A stretch of DNA of 63,257 bases, counting the filler, from an uncultured Ignavibacteriales bacterium (GTDB lineage Bacteria; Zixibacteria; MSB-5A5; GN15; JAAZOE01), in NCBI GenBank assembly GCA_964611355.1. It is 5 parts of 5 records of this genome, joined end to end, with 100 filler letters (N's around TTAATTAATTAA, not from the genome) between each part and the next. Parts side by side here need not be neighbours in the genome. Positions count along the whole stretch, not along the records: positions 39,131 to 51,281 come from CAZSYD010000063.1; 4 more parts are not named here. One strand, given 5' to 3'. Positions 39,309 to 49,562 of the stretch are shown one piece after another. The position numbers were made by a program, and so were the translations under genes. The stretch's first letter is position 1, and every line of letters begins with the position of its first letter. Below the pieces are notes generated by a model, which saw only the letters and a list, made by a program, of their open reading frames with translations, was not told the origin of the DNA and searched no databases.

Positions 39309-41237
39309 CTAAAAGGCATAGAGAATGGTTATATGAAAGCGGCTGTCTTCTTTATAAATGCCGTTTTCCATGCGATGGGCATAATCGAGCCGGATCGGTC
39401 CGGCCGGGGAGAGAAATTGTATCCCCGTTCCGTATGAAAATAAGATGGAGTCAAAGTTGACTTCAGAGAACGACTCCCAGCCATTGCCCATATCGGTAAA
39501 GACCGATCCCCAGAATCGCCAGTAGATCGGGAATCGAATCTCCTGGTTGAAAACAGCATAGGCATTGGCGCCGACATTAATGTCATCCGCGTCGCGCGGG
39601 CCTATGGTGTTTTCCCTGAAACCCCGGATGGAATTGGCGCCTCCGAGGTAGAATCGGTCGTCGGCCGGAACCGAGTGAGCGTCGCCATACTCCTTGACCC
39701 ACCCGGTTTTGATTCGAGTAGCATAAACGGCCCGACCGATGGCCGTCTGATAACGAGCCCATGAGTATTCCAGCTTGATAAAGCTGTCGTTTCCTCCGAG
39801 AAGCCCGCCAACATACTGCATTAAGTAAGTGGTAAACGAACCCGACCCGGGAACGAACTTATCAATCCTCGTATCCCTCACCAGCAACACGGTGAATTTG
39901 CGACGCACCCTGATGGTATCCTGAATGGCCTCTTTTTCCTCGCCCTCAATACCATAGATATTAACGTTTTCATACTCCCCGGAAATGACAGCATATAACC
40001 CTTCCGACCACTCCTTCCGCGTCGACAGCGACACCGACCACCGCTGAACGCGATAAGGCAGTAACTGAGACCGCACCCCCGGCTCAAACCGGGCGGTCAG
40101 TGTCAACGGCATACGAAGGTTAATAAACCACGGTTCGGTATATCTTATCTGGAATCGATGAGAAAGCGGCCGCCACTGGGTAAAAATGATATAGCGCGAC
40201 TGGACCGAAATCTCCGCCCGCCGTGAGCGGAAGATATTTCTTTTTCCCCACGCCGTGGAAAAATCCCAGACCAAATCCTGCTGCGGGTCCTGGCCGGCGC
40301 CGGTTCTAAGCGATACAAAGTGAGGTTTGCGTTCGATGGCGGAGAACATGAAGTCGGGTAATGTGTCCCGTGTACCGGAGCCGGACCCGTTTATATTATC
40401 ACGATCAATATCGAGATTAATCGAGTTAAACAGGTTGGTGGAATAAAGTCGTTTTTGTGATTCGATAATTCTTTCCCGACTGTAGAGTTCCCCTTCCTTA
40501 AAAGTAATCTCCCTGCGGACGAGGGAAGGATGGTAATTACTCAGGTTTTTTATGTTAAGTCTGCCAAAGCGAACAAGGGGACCTTCGCGTGCCTTAAATG
40601 TAATCAAAACATTTGCCGGGCCAGTTGTAGTATCGAGCGTCTGTTCCACTTCGGCATAAGGATGACCGTTATTGGCAAAAATAGTTTTGAGATCGAAAAC
40701 AGTTGCGCTGATTTTTATCGGATCAACCGGATCACCGGTTTTCAATTCGGATACCGTTCGACGCAGTTCGTCATAAAAGGCCAACGAATCATTGGCCGTT
40801 AAGGTAACCCTGCCGACCAGGTAACGGCTGCCTTCATCGATATTAATACGGACTATGGCGCTTGAATCCATTTCAGAGATGTCAAAGGTCTCATTGATTT
40901 TAACGTTCAGGAATCCTTCCGTCAGGTACAGGTATTTTATGGCCAGGGTGTCACGATGGGCGGTATAACGAAGAACTCGGTTACGCGAGCCGGTTTTCAG
41001 CGATTGCCAGAACGAATTGCGCCGGGAAAAAAGCTGCGATTTTATTTTTGAATCCGAAATAAAGCGGTTTCCACTAATCACTATGCTGGAGATATACGGC
41101 CTTGCAGCCAGCCATGATTGGTACTTTTTGTGGGCCGCGTTTGGAATTTGTGCTTTGGTCAAGGCGGGCGTTATTCCGAATAGTATTGCCAAAACGACTA
41201 ATAAAGCAAACATCCTTGACCGACCTCGACCCCGCAT
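39309..41237 (-). CDS. Omp85-family (TamA/BamA-like) outer-membrane protein, about 3 POTRA domains
   Basis: POTRA repeats, RFYLGGANSIRGF, SPAGPIRLDYA, C-terminal Phe. Confidence 0.9.
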   Translation of the reverse strand: MRGRGRSRMFALLVVLAILFGITPALTKAQIPNAAHKKYQSWLAARPYISSIVISGNRFISDSKIKSQLFSRRNSFWQSLKTGSRNRVLRYTAHRDTLAIKYLYLTEGFLNVKINETFDISEMDSSAIVRINIDEGSRYLVGRVTLTANDSLAFYDELRRTVSELKTGDPVDPIKISATVFDLKTIFANNGHPYAEVEQTLDTTTGPANVLITFKAREGPLVRFGRLNIKNLSNYHPSLVRREITFKEGELYSRERIIESQKRLYSTNLFNSINLDIDRDNINGSGSGTRDTLPDFMFSAIERKPHFVSLRTGAGQDPQQDLVWDFSTAWGKRNIFRSRRAEISVQSRYIIFTQWRPLSHRFQIRYTEPWFINLRMPLTLTARFEPGVRSQLLPYRVQRWSVSLSTRKEWSEGLYAVISGEYENVNIYGIEGEEKEAIQDTIRVRRKFTVLLVRDTRIDKFVPGSGSFTTYLMQYVGGLLGGNDSFIKLEYSWARYQTAIGRAVYATRIKTGWVKEYGDAHSVPADDRFYLGGANSIRGFRENTIGPRDADDINVGANAYAVFNQEIRFPIYWRFWGSVFTDMGNGWESFSEVNFDSILFSYGTGIQFLSPAGPIRLDYAHRMENGIYKEDSRFHITILYAF

Positions 41238-44200
41238 TAGTACTCCCAGTAGAACTTGAAGTTGAACTGATACAGGTTTGATTCATCGCGCCTGCCCTCG
41301 AACAGGTAATGTTGGCCAAGCCGGTACTCAACCCCCACTTCCTGTCCCTTTTCCACGTTAACGGCGCTGCTGCCGAAAACGTAAAGATTCGGCAAAGTAT
41401 AGGCGCCTATTGTCAGCCTGGTAGCCAGCGGATCGAATCCCCTGCCTGTACCCGGACTTATTTCAAAGGTTTCCACTCCCAGGGTGCGGGTTCCCAACCG
41501 GGAAAACTGCCCGGCCAGGATGCCGCCCAGCCCGCTGGTGATCCGGCCGGCTCCCACCGATTCGCCTTCCAGCGAATCGGATCCCGGCGGCTGGTATCCG
41601 GTAAATAAGGTCGGCAGGATATCTTCAGTCGAAATCGGCGTATCTCCGGTTCCGGCTATGATTGGATTGTCCAGCGTGCCGGAAACCTGAAGAGTGAGCT
41701 CGTAGGTATAGCTGTCCTCGCTTTCAAAATCCGAGAATTGGCTTTGAGATCTTATGCGCGTGGATATAACCAGATCCAGCGTTGGATCCGGTTCTTCGAT
41801 ATTGTTATAGATAATCTGCCCGCCAGGGTATATTTTAAACATTCTATCGATGAAGAACAGCTTGCCGCGGATCACCTCAAGCGTACCCAGAAAATTGTAC
41901 GTGCCCAAATCGCGCAGTATATTAATGCTTCCCGAGAACTCGGCGTCAATATCGTCGTTTTTAACCCAGGCGTTGGAAGGACACTCCACCATCAGGTCAA
42001 GGCTCCAGCTATTGTCCCACTCCAGGGCAGTCAGGAGATTTAAGCTCGATTCATCGGTCGTAAAGTTTTCTCGATAACAGGCAGAGCGCATCAATATCGC
42101 ACCGGTCACGCGCGGCGGCGTCGTTCCTTTGACCTGCAACCGGGCGTCGGCCAAACCGGTGAAATCACCAAGCTCATAATTGATCGGCATATTCGCACAT
42201 TGCACGTTAATATCATAGGTGAAGTTGTTGATGTCACTAACGAATATCGTCCCGCCTGCCGACACCTCCCCATACCTTTTACTTTTTTTATGAGGCATTA
42301 CGGCTTGCATATTGTTGATCTTTATCAGTTGATCATCCATCTTCACTTCGATTTCCACCTGTTCAAGGCGATCGCGCAGATCAATCAGCTTTATGACGCC
42401 GTTCTTAAGAATGCTGGTTCCATTCAGGTGAGGCTGTCGCGGCGGCCCGGTGAGAACAATGGTCGCCTCAAAATCTCCGGTGATGTACTCGACCGACTCC
42501 AGAAGAAAAGCAAACAGATCCAGCCGCCGGTCTCGGGCGTAGACGTAAATATTCTGTTCCCGGTCATCAAAAAGATTACCGCCGGAATATAAGCTCAGAT
42601 TAATCGGCAGCGTACCTGACGCGGCATACATTCCGTTGGGTGAGTGCAGAAGGCTTGAATCAATCCGGAGAATACTATCCTGATACGAAAGAAACGTCTG
42701 CAGATCCCCCAGATGAAGCGAATGGTAGCTCAGTGAATCAATGCCGGCCTGAAGGTCGAAGGCAGGATTATCCAGCTTGCCGTAAACCTTCCCCGTCGAG
42801 GAAAGATTTCCATCCAGAAGCAGGCTATCGTTAATCATAACCGCCCAGGGCGCTACGGAAATCCTTTGAATGTCCCATTCAATATCGAGAGTCTCATCGT
42901 AGCCGGCTTGTCCGGAAAAAGCCAAACGACCGTCGGAAGCGTTGAGTACAATACGATCGAATATAAAGCCGGAGGAATCAACCAGTATAACCTGGCTGCC
43001 ATCCGAAACAAACTGCCGGCCGGTCAGATCAATAACAACTTCGTCAAAGGTTAATTCCTGCGGGTAAACTTCGAAATCGAGAACGCCGCGAACCATGCTG
43101 CGGGAAAAATCATTAGCAATATATCCCGAATCAATAATCAGGAGGTTGCTGTCCAGAGTCATTGCCGCCCGCAAGCTGTCGTATGGAAACGACCAGGCTT
43201 CTCCGTTGCGACTTTGAACGGTTATAGACCCTTTCATTTTCCGGGTGAAACTGCGAATATCAAAGTCGGCAGCGAAATCGCCTGAAAAAAACTCATAGAA
43301 GCAGACTGAATCGGACTGAAATCGACCGGCCAAATCGGGATCATCGGTCGGCCCGGTAAACGAAAACTCACCGTCGGCGCGCCCGGCGGGAAGATCGATA
43401 AAGGTCTGATGGGTGAAATCGCTCAAATCTTTTAAGTCGGCTCGACCGTTTATTTCCAATTCTCCGCTATAGTTAATGTTTCCCTCGAAAAAGAAGCGGT
43501 TTTCGTGGTAAGTTGCCTGACAACCGGTAAAGAAATACAAGCCGCCATTGGTGACCGTCATCCGGCCCCGGGCAGTGTGAAAATGGTAAATGTCGAAATA
43601 CGATTCGTCCAACTGCAGACCAAGGTCGATTGCCATGGTGCGAGACCCTAATCCCCGGCCATTCATCTCCAATACGCCGCTTAAATTCGATTCAAAAGAA
43701 TCAAAGACAAGCTGGTTCAGATTAAATGAATCAACCCGGGCGGTTAAACGATACGACTCCGGTCGGGAAGCCAAATCGAGATCGCCGAATCCTTCGATTT
43801 CGCAACCGCGCAGTATCGCTCCGTGCAGGGTATCCACGTAAACCACGCCATCATCGTAATGAAAGCGAGCCATCAGCGAATCAATGCTGCGATTCTCAAA
43901 TGTCCCGGAAAGGGAAAGACTGCCCCCGGTCTTGCCGAACTGGTGATAGATATTGCCGCTCAAATCAAGATCACCAATCAGATTCAGTCCCAGAAAAGAG
44001 GTGATGTCCGGCAGATGGATATGAGCGCTGTCAAGTTTTGCCTCCACCCAAGTACTGTCTTTATTATCCGTGATCAGCGAAAAGGCAATTCGAGAAGAAT
44101 CGGTGACTATAGAAACGTTCTTCAAAACAAGGTTTTTCTCAAAAAGCGTGGCCATCCCCGAACAATTGTTGACTCGCAGCCTGCCGTCGTTCGAGTTGAA

Positions 44201-44770
44201 GCGCAAGGTATCAAGATTTAGAGTGTAAGTCCCTTCCTCCGACCGGGCCGATGCCAGCAGATCGATGCCGAACCAATGCCATTCCTTTTCCCCGAGAACA
44301 AGATCGAACAAGGCGCTGTCCACCGCCAATTTTTTAATTTCCCACGACGGTGCCCGGTTCCCGGCTGCTGATGCCCCGGAGACGTGGGGCAGTAGCCAAT
44401 TCCCCGACGAGTCCTTTTTCAGATAGAGTCTCGGCTTCTCGAAATGCAGGCTGTTGATTATCCAGCGCCGGTGCCATAGATCGGAGAAGTTATAACTGAT
44501 ACTAACCCTTGGAAGATGAGCTAGGGTGATCGTATCCCCGTCCTGAATAAACCGGACGTGAATATTGCTTAGAATAAAACCGCCGATAAAGGAACCCTCG
44601 ATTTCGGAGATGGTGATATCGCAGTTATACTTGGCGGCTATTTTTTGGGCCAGGTACCGATTAACCCAATTCTCAGGAATATGCGACTTATAGAGCAACA
44701 CCAGCGCTGCGGTAATAATTAATGCCACAGCAACCAGCCCGAATAACGGTATTTTGAATCGTTTGCGCAT
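41237..44770 (-). CDS. tamB: Translocation/assembly module TamB (DUF490)
   Basis: N-terminal anchor, long beta-rich AsmA-like body, PDPTLDL...VSGTLDNP C-terminal region; abuts the Omp85 gene. Confidence 0.85.
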   Translation of the reverse strand: MRKRFKIPLFGLVAVALIITAALVLLYKSHIPENWVNRYLAQKIAAKYNCDITISEIEGSFIGGFILSNIHVRFIQDGDTITLAHLPRVSISYNFSDLWHRRWIINSLHFEKPRLYLKKDSSGNWLLPHVSGASAAGNRAPSWEIKKLAVDSALFDLVLGEKEWHWFGIDLLASARSEEGTYTLNLDTLRFNSNDGRLRVNNCSGMATLFEKNLVLKNVSIVTDSSRIAFSLITDNKDSTWVEAKLDSAHIHLPDITSFLGLNLIGDLDLSGNIYHQFGKTGGSLSLSGTFENRSIDSLMARFHYDDGVVYVDTLHGAILRGCEIEGFGDLDLASRPESYRLTARVDSFNLNQLVFDSFESNLSGVLEMNGRGLGSRTMAIDLGLQLDESYFDIYHFHTARGRMTVTNGGLYFFTGCQATYHENRFFFEGNINYSGELEINGRADLKDLSDFTHQTFIDLPAGRADGEFSFTGPTDDPDLAGRFQSDSVCFYEFFSGDFAADFDIRSFTRKMKGSITVQSRNGEAWSFPYDSLRAAMTLDSNLLIIDSGYIANDFSRSMVRGVLDFEVYPQELTFDEVVIDLTGRQFVSDGSQVILVDSSGFIFDRIVLNASDGRLAFSGQAGYDETLDIEWDIQRISVAPWAVMINDSLLLDGNLSSTGKVYGKLDNPAFDLQAGIDSLSYHSLHLGDLQTFLSYQDSILRIDSSLLHSPNGMYAASGTLPINLSLYSGGNLFDDREQNIYVYARDRRLDLFAFLLESVEYITGDFEATIVLTGPPRQPHLNGTSILKNGVIKLIDLRDRLEQVEIEVKMDDQLIKINNMQAVMPHKKSKRYGEVSAGGTIFVSDINNFTYDINVQCANMPINYELGDFTGLADARLQVKGTTPPRVTGAILMRSACYRENFTTDESSLNLLTALEWDNSWSLDLMVECPSNAWVKNDDIDAEFSGSINILRDLGTYNFLGTLEVIRGKLFFIDRMFKIYPGGQIIYNNIEEPDPTLDLVISTRIRSQSQFSDFESEDSYTYELTLQVSGTLDNPIIAGTGDTPISTEDILPTLFTGYQPPGSDSLEGESVGAGRITSGLGGILAGQFSRLGTRTLGVETFEISPGTGRGFDPLATRLTIGAYTLPNLYVFGSSAVNVEKGQEVGVEYRLGQHYLFEGRRDESNLYQFNFKFYWEY

Positions 44771-45444
44771 CAGGTCGAGTATGTCCGTTCAAGAATTTTA
44801 AGGGCGGCCTTGATCTTCGCCGCAGAGCAAAAATATCGGCAGTTGGCTATCGTCTTCTCGATTAAGGCGCGGGGCACGCCGAAATTCAGGCACCCGCGAA
44901 CGTGCGCCCGGAGCTGGTTTTTATATGACGTAACCGTCAGGATAGCCACCACCGACAGTTCCCGCAGCTTGAACGACGCACCCGGGCGCGAAAGCACGCG
45001 GCCGTACCCGTCATTAATCATCCAGGTCAGTATCCGGGGCGAGAAGAAATTAATATAAGGTATAAGTCGCTCAAAAGTTGAACCGTAGATTCGCTTGATC
45101 TTTGCCTTCCCCTGCCGGTTCCATTCCCGGCAAACCCCGGCGCTGTATGGTCCGGGAAGGCGATATTTCCGATGCGGCGGCTGCCTGACTGCGGCAAATA
45201 TACGCGAGGCTTCAATCATGGCGGGAAAACCAAGGAACAGATGCGACTGCAAAATGATCTCATCAATTGTCCCTGGCCTTACTTTCTCGCCTAAGGCGGT
45301 CTGCATGATAAGCTTCATAGCGAGATTGTTTCTCCCGGCAATAGCCGCCGAAAGAAGCGTACAATAAAGAATGCTTTTATCATATCGCCGATCAAAAACC
45401 TCGGCCAAACGTCGTAATTCCCTGGTGTTCAATGAACCGGCCAT
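44770..45444 (-). CDS. Carboxymuconolactone decarboxylase (CMD/AhpD-like) family protein
   Basis: EIILQSHLFLGFPA, GYGRVLSRPG...RELSVVAIL...QLRAHVRG. Confidence 0.8.
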   Translation of the reverse strand: MAGSLNTRELRRLAEVFDRRYDKSILYCTLLSAAIAGRNNLAMKLIMQTALGEKVRPGTIDEIILQSHLFLGFPAMIEASRIFAAVRQPPHRKYRLPGPYSAGVCREWNRQGKAKIKRIYGSTFERLIPYINFFSPRILTWMINDGYGRVLSRPGASFKLRELSVVAILTVTSYKNQLRAHVRGCLNFGVPRALIEKTIANCRYFCSAAKIKAALKILERTYST

Positions 45445-45487
45445 TATAATAAATTATGACCCAAAACAGGCCGGGGCAAGATAAACT

Positions 45488-46678
45488 TTAGCGGGTGGTT
45501 TCAACGCGGCGCAGGAGATGTTCAAGCTCTTCCTGGAGGCGGCTCAATTCCGACCGCATCGAATCGATGCGACGCTGCAGTCGCCTTGCTGTTATTGATT
45601 GATGCTTCGAGTACCGTTCATTGTCGATTTTGCCGGAACGGTTGCCCTGGTTGGGAACGGATGAAAGGCGAATTGCCGCTACGGCGTTTTTACGGCCGCG
45701 AATATACTTAATCTTGACAATATTATCCGAACCGGCGCTGGAAACCAACCGGTGCAACTCGTGGTCGCCGATAACCGGCCGGGAAGCAAATCCGGTGATG
45801 ATATCACCCATTCTTAATCCCGCACCGGCGGCGGGCGAACCCGGTTCCACCCGGGAAATAACCACCGCTTCCCCCATAACCTTTCCATCAGCCGAAACCA
45901 GTTCAATAGCCGTCGTTTTGACTCCCAGATAACCGGCCTCATAATCACCGCAGCAGATTATCCTGTCGGCCGCTTCGTAAGCGATTGAAGCGGGAAGAAT
46001 GACAATGCCGCCCCAGTGATTATCGCCCGAATCGTCGGAGACCGCACTTCCCGAACTGATAACGCCGATCAGCCGACCGGAAAGATCAAACACCCCGCCC
46101 CCCGGCAGACCGGGAAGCGCCGATCCGGACATAAGATAACTACCGTCACTTCGCCTGCCGGCGATCACACCCAGAATCGGGTAACCGGTTCGCCCTATCG
46201 CCTGACCATAACCAATGGCGAGTCGCCCGATGAGAGGAGGAACCGAAGACATCTCCAGATAGTCGTAAAAGATACTATCGATTTTAAGAACGGCCAGATT
46301 ATACCGTCGATCCACGCCGACCAGATCGGCAGCGATACTTTTGCCTTCCATAACCACGCGAAAGTTCTCGTACCCGTCAACAAGACTTAGAATAGTCAGA
46401 ATATGCCCAACCGAATCAATCAACAACCCGCTGCCAACCACGGCGTTGACCGGCTCAAGACGATAGAGATCCTGGCCCTGGAAAAGAGGGATTTTCCCTT
46501 CCGGTGGGTGAGCTTCCACGGTGACCACCCCTTTTGATACCCTGTTGACGATCTGCGAGATATCCCGATCCAGCAAGTTAAGCGACTGGGCGGATAAATT
46601 AATCGTAGGAAGGAACGTCAACGAAAAAAAAACCGCCATACTTAAGGCGGTTTTTCCATCTTTAACAATTTTGGTCAA
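45488..46678 (-). CDS. HtrA/DegS-like (S1C + PDZ) protein lacking the catalytic triad
   Basis: GSGLLID, TILSLV, NLAVLKI, GLPGG, GRLIGV; PDZ (GYLGV...PGSPAAGAGLRMGDII); C-terminal coiled coil; signal peptide. Confidence 0.85.
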   Translation of the reverse strand: MTKIVKDGKTALSMAVFFSLTFLPTINLSAQSLNLLDRDISQIVNRVSKGVVTVEAHPPEGKIPLFQGQDLYRLEPVNAVVGSGLLIDSVGHILTILSLVDGYENFRVVMEGKSIAADLVGVDRRYNLAVLKIDSIFYDYLEMSSVPPLIGRLAIGYGQAIGRTGYPILGVIAGRRSDGSYLMSGSALPGLPGGGVFDLSGRLIGVISSGSAVSDDSGDNHWGGIVILPASIAYEAADRIICCGDYEAGYLGVKTTAIELVSADGKVMGEAVVISRVEPGSPAAGAGLRMGDIITGFASRPVIGDHELHRLVSSAGSDNIVKIKYIRGRKNAVAAIRLSSVPNQGNRSGKIDNERYSKHQSITARRLQRRIDSMRSELSRLQEELEHLLRRVETTR

Positions 46679-47382
46679 TAAGTGTTTCTCCCTCTGACGG
46701 TTTTTTGGTTTTCAGGGACTACCAAGTAGTTTTTGACTACGGGGCGAATCCTTATATCAGGACCGCCGATCCGGTTAAAACCCGTTCGGGAAGAAGCCAG
46801 AGTATTGCTCGCAGAACCTTCAAAAAACTGCTCCATCGCAGAATGATTCCTGAGAGACTGCGAATACTGCCGCCAGCGATTATACTGCTGAATAATCTGA
46901 GAAACGCTTTTGCGCTCGTTTAAAAACGGATTATCAGTTGGCTGAGCGGTCAGATAAAGATCCTCTTCAGAGCCATTGCCCCCGGTCGGTTCGGCAACCG
47001 CCATTTCCGGAGAGGAAGGGCCGAGTATCCCGTCTGCAAAATTAATCCCGATACCAAAGGCTATAACAACCACCGCCATCGCGCCTACTGTCGCCAGCCG
47101 GGCGGCGCCGAAGCGGGGAATTCTTCCGGGCAAATATGCCCTGGTTTTCTTTTTGGCAAACCCTTCCCGCTCAATTTTCCGGAACAGCCGAACATTGAAA
47201 TCATCAGATGCCTTGGGCGCAGGCATATGCTTTACCAGCTTATTAACCGAGCGAAAGACCTCTTCCTCGCGCCGGCAGGATGGGCACTCCGCAAGATGAT
47301 TTCTAATCTTCGCCGACTGTTGTTCGGTTAGCTCTCCCTTAGAGTAAGCTGACAGGGAGGAGCGTACCTTTCGACAACGCAT
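46675..47382 (-). CDS. Zinc-binding (zf-HC2/ZAS) transmembrane anti-sigma factor
   Basis: MRC...LSAY...HLAECPSC; single TM; overlaps the ECF gene. Confidence 0.9.
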   Translation of the reverse strand: MRCRKVRSSLSAYSKGELTEQQSAKIRNHLAECPSCRREEEVFRSVNKLVKHMPAPKASDDFNVRLFRKIEREGFAKKKTRAYLPGRIPRFGAARLATVGAMAVVVIAFGIGINFADGILGPSSPEMAVAEPTGGNGSEEDLYLTAQPTDNPFLNERKSVSQIIQQYNRWRQYSQSLRNHSAMEQFFEGSASNTLASSRTGFNRIGGPDIRIRPVVKNYLVVPENQKTVRGRNTY

Positions 47383-47941
47383 TCCTTTCCTCCATTCTCG
47401 GTTTAAGCTTGCCTCTTAATATCGAACGCGCCCGGTTGACCCGCGACTTGACGGTCCCAAGAGGAACCGATAAAACCCGGGCGATTTCTTCGTACGGCAT
47501 CTCATCTATATCACGCAGAAGAAAAGCCGTTTTGTATTTTCCCGGAAGCGAAGCGATGGTTTTCTCAAGCACCGATCCCAGATTTGACGGAATTTTCGGC
47601 TCTACCGCCGTTTCAACTTCCTTATGATGCAATTCAAAGATATCACAGAATTTATACTTCTTCTTCTTGCGCAGTTCGTTACGGGCAAGATTTAAAGCAA
47701 TAGTATATATCCAGGTGGAAAAGCAATGTTTGAAATCAAATGAATCCCGGTGCTGGTAAACCCGCAAAAAAGTATCCTGGACAATATCTTCCACTTCCTC
47801 CCGATTCAACGGCATTCGCCCGATCACGCTCATCAGCCTATCTTTGTAACGATTGACCAACTCATTGAAGGCGACCATATCACCATTCTTTACCCGCCTG
47901 AATATGTTATGATCAATCTGTTTGGCCGTCGTTTTTTCCAT
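47339..47941 (-). CDS. ECF RNA polymerase sigma factor
   Basis: GDMVAFNELV, EDIVQDTF, FSTWIYTIALN, YEEIA...PLGTVKSRVNRAR; GGAG RBS before ATG 47941. Confidence 0.93.
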   Translation of the reverse strand: MEKTTAKQIDHNIFRRVKNGDMVAFNELVNRYKDRLMSVIGRMPLNREEVEDIVQDTFLRVYQHRDSFDFKHCFSTWIYTIALNLARNELRKKKKYKFCDIFELHHKEVETAVEPKIPSNLGSVLEKTIASLPGKYKTAFLLRDIDEMPYEEIARVLSVPLGTVKSRVNRARSILRGKLKPRMEERNALSKGTLLPVSLL

Positions 47942-47960
47942 ACAACTCCAACCTTTAAAT

Positions 47961-47989
47961 TTGATACAGGTTGGGAACGGCAAAGTTCC
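47961..47989 (-). promoter_or_regulatory. Putative autoregulatory ECF promoter
   Basis: GGAACTT-N15-GTATCAA about 20 nt upstream of the sigma ATG. Confidence 0.6.
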
Positions 47990-48231
47990 CATTTTTGTTA
48001 CGTTTCAATATAACATCCGGGCGAAATTCAGAAAGAGGTTTTTACAAAAACTTAATTATTGGCTTGACATATCCCCCGTATTTTATTGTTAAACAGGCTG
48101 TTAGGCACCCGTATCGGGGCTGCTCAATTTTTGAACAGATCTGTTGCTGCCATGTTATATCCACAGTGTGGCAATTTCAAAGTACCAAATTTCAACCGGA
48201 GGATATGCCTTAATACGTACGATAGCCCCAA

Positions 48232-49452
48232 TTAAATCTGAATAAGATTCCATGGATAACCAAAGAAGTACAGCACAAATCCAACCATAGCCAGAAAAAT
48301 GACAGGTATAAGAAACGTCCTGTAAACCTTCCCCAGTTCGGCTTTGAAATGCTCGGCGGTTAATAACAGACAGAAGTGGGTGGGCGATAAAATCATTCCC
48401 AAATAGCCGGACAGGTAGGCCAGAAAGACGTTTCCGAGATTCACTTCCGGAATATAAAGAAACCCGGCCAGGATCGGAAAACTCAGCCCGACGAAAGCGG
48501 CCACCATTCCCGTGAGCAGGCCGCTCAGAAAGGCAACGGCAAAAATGACGGCGAACGGCGGTATCCCGAAACGGGCTACTTCACCGGGGATATTTGCAAC
48601 CGCTCCGGAAAGGTCCAGAAGATCCTTAAAAACCAGGATTCCGAATACCATGAAAAAGAGCCGGAAAGTAACTGCCTTTTTTATCACCGGCCGGATTTTT
48701 TTCCAACTGGAACGATGAGTAATAACGGTTACGACGATTGCAATCGCGAGGGATAAAACAATATCAATGTTCAACCCCAGGGCAAGAAAAACCGCCAGAA
48801 ACAAAGGCCAGAGCGCCAGAAAAATTATTCCTATTGATTTGAGACTACGAGACTTATGATTGTGATTTTTGATCCTGCGAAGAAAGAAAACAAATCCGAT
48901 AGTAATCATCGCCGCCGACATAATCATTCCCAGAACAGAGAATTTCCGGACCGGGATGCCGACAATTCCCGCGCCAAGTATTATTCCGGGATAAAGAGGC
49001 CAGAAGAATTCCATTACGTGACGGAACCAGTAATTGGCAGCCGATAGAAACTGCGGCGATTTATGGTCATTCTTCAAAACCTCCCCTACCAGCGGCGCGG
49101 AAAGCAAAGCGCCGCCCGGCATAGGCATCAGGCCGACGGCAGCCGGCAATAAGGCCGTCGCCGTCCGTTTACCGCCAGCCAATTCCTGGGCCGCGTCGGT
49201 AAGCCGATCCAGAGAACCCATCTGCTTGAGAAGCTGGCCAAGAGTGGTCACGATTACAATGGCCCCGAACAGCCGCCAGAATCCGGTTGAGCTTAAGGTT
49301 CCCCATATGCCATTGGCAACGTCAAGCGGATTGAAACCAAACATAAGAGGAACGATTATCCCGGCAAGAAAAAGCAGATACCCGACGAAAATTTTTCGCT
49401 TGATACCATAGATAATAAGGGCAAGAACCAGCAGTAATTTCAAGACGGCCAT
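48232..49452 (-). CDS. DUF401-family membrane transporter (IT/DctM-like)
   Basis: PAAVGLMPMPGGALLSAP, NYWFRH..E..WPLYPG, SPTHFC. Confidence 0.85.
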   Translation of the reverse strand: MAVLKLLLVLALIIYGIKRKIFVGYLLFLAGIIVPLMFGFNPLDVANGIWGTLSSTGFWRLFGAIVIVTTLGQLLKQMGSLDRLTDAAQELAGGKRTATALLPAAVGLMPMPGGALLSAPLVGEVLKNDHKSPQFLSAANYWFRHVMEFFWPLYPGIILGAGIVGIPVRKFSVLGMIMSAAMITIGFVFFLRRIKNHNHKSRSLKSIGIIFLALWPLFLAVFLALGLNIDIVLSLAIAIVVTVITHRSSWKKIRPVIKKAVTFRLFFMVFGILVFKDLLDLSGAVANIPGEVARFGIPPFAVIFAVAFLSGLLTGMVAAFVGLSFPILAGFLYIPEVNLGNVFLAYLSGYLGMILSPTHFCLLLTAEHFKAELGKVYRTFLIPVIFLAMVGFVLYFFGYPWNLIQI

Positions 49453-49562
49453 GCCGCCGAAGATATGATTATTTACCTGCCCTGTCAAACCTGCCTGATA
49501 TAATTCCGCTTGACATCATGGCCTTCCGCCATTAAGCTTGGTAACACTTCAACGGACAGGTC

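Noticed and set aside
48064..48231. Orphan + strand promoter / sRNA between ECF and DUF401
   Set aside because: TTGACA to TATTGT spacing is 14 nt and no terminator or clear structure follows
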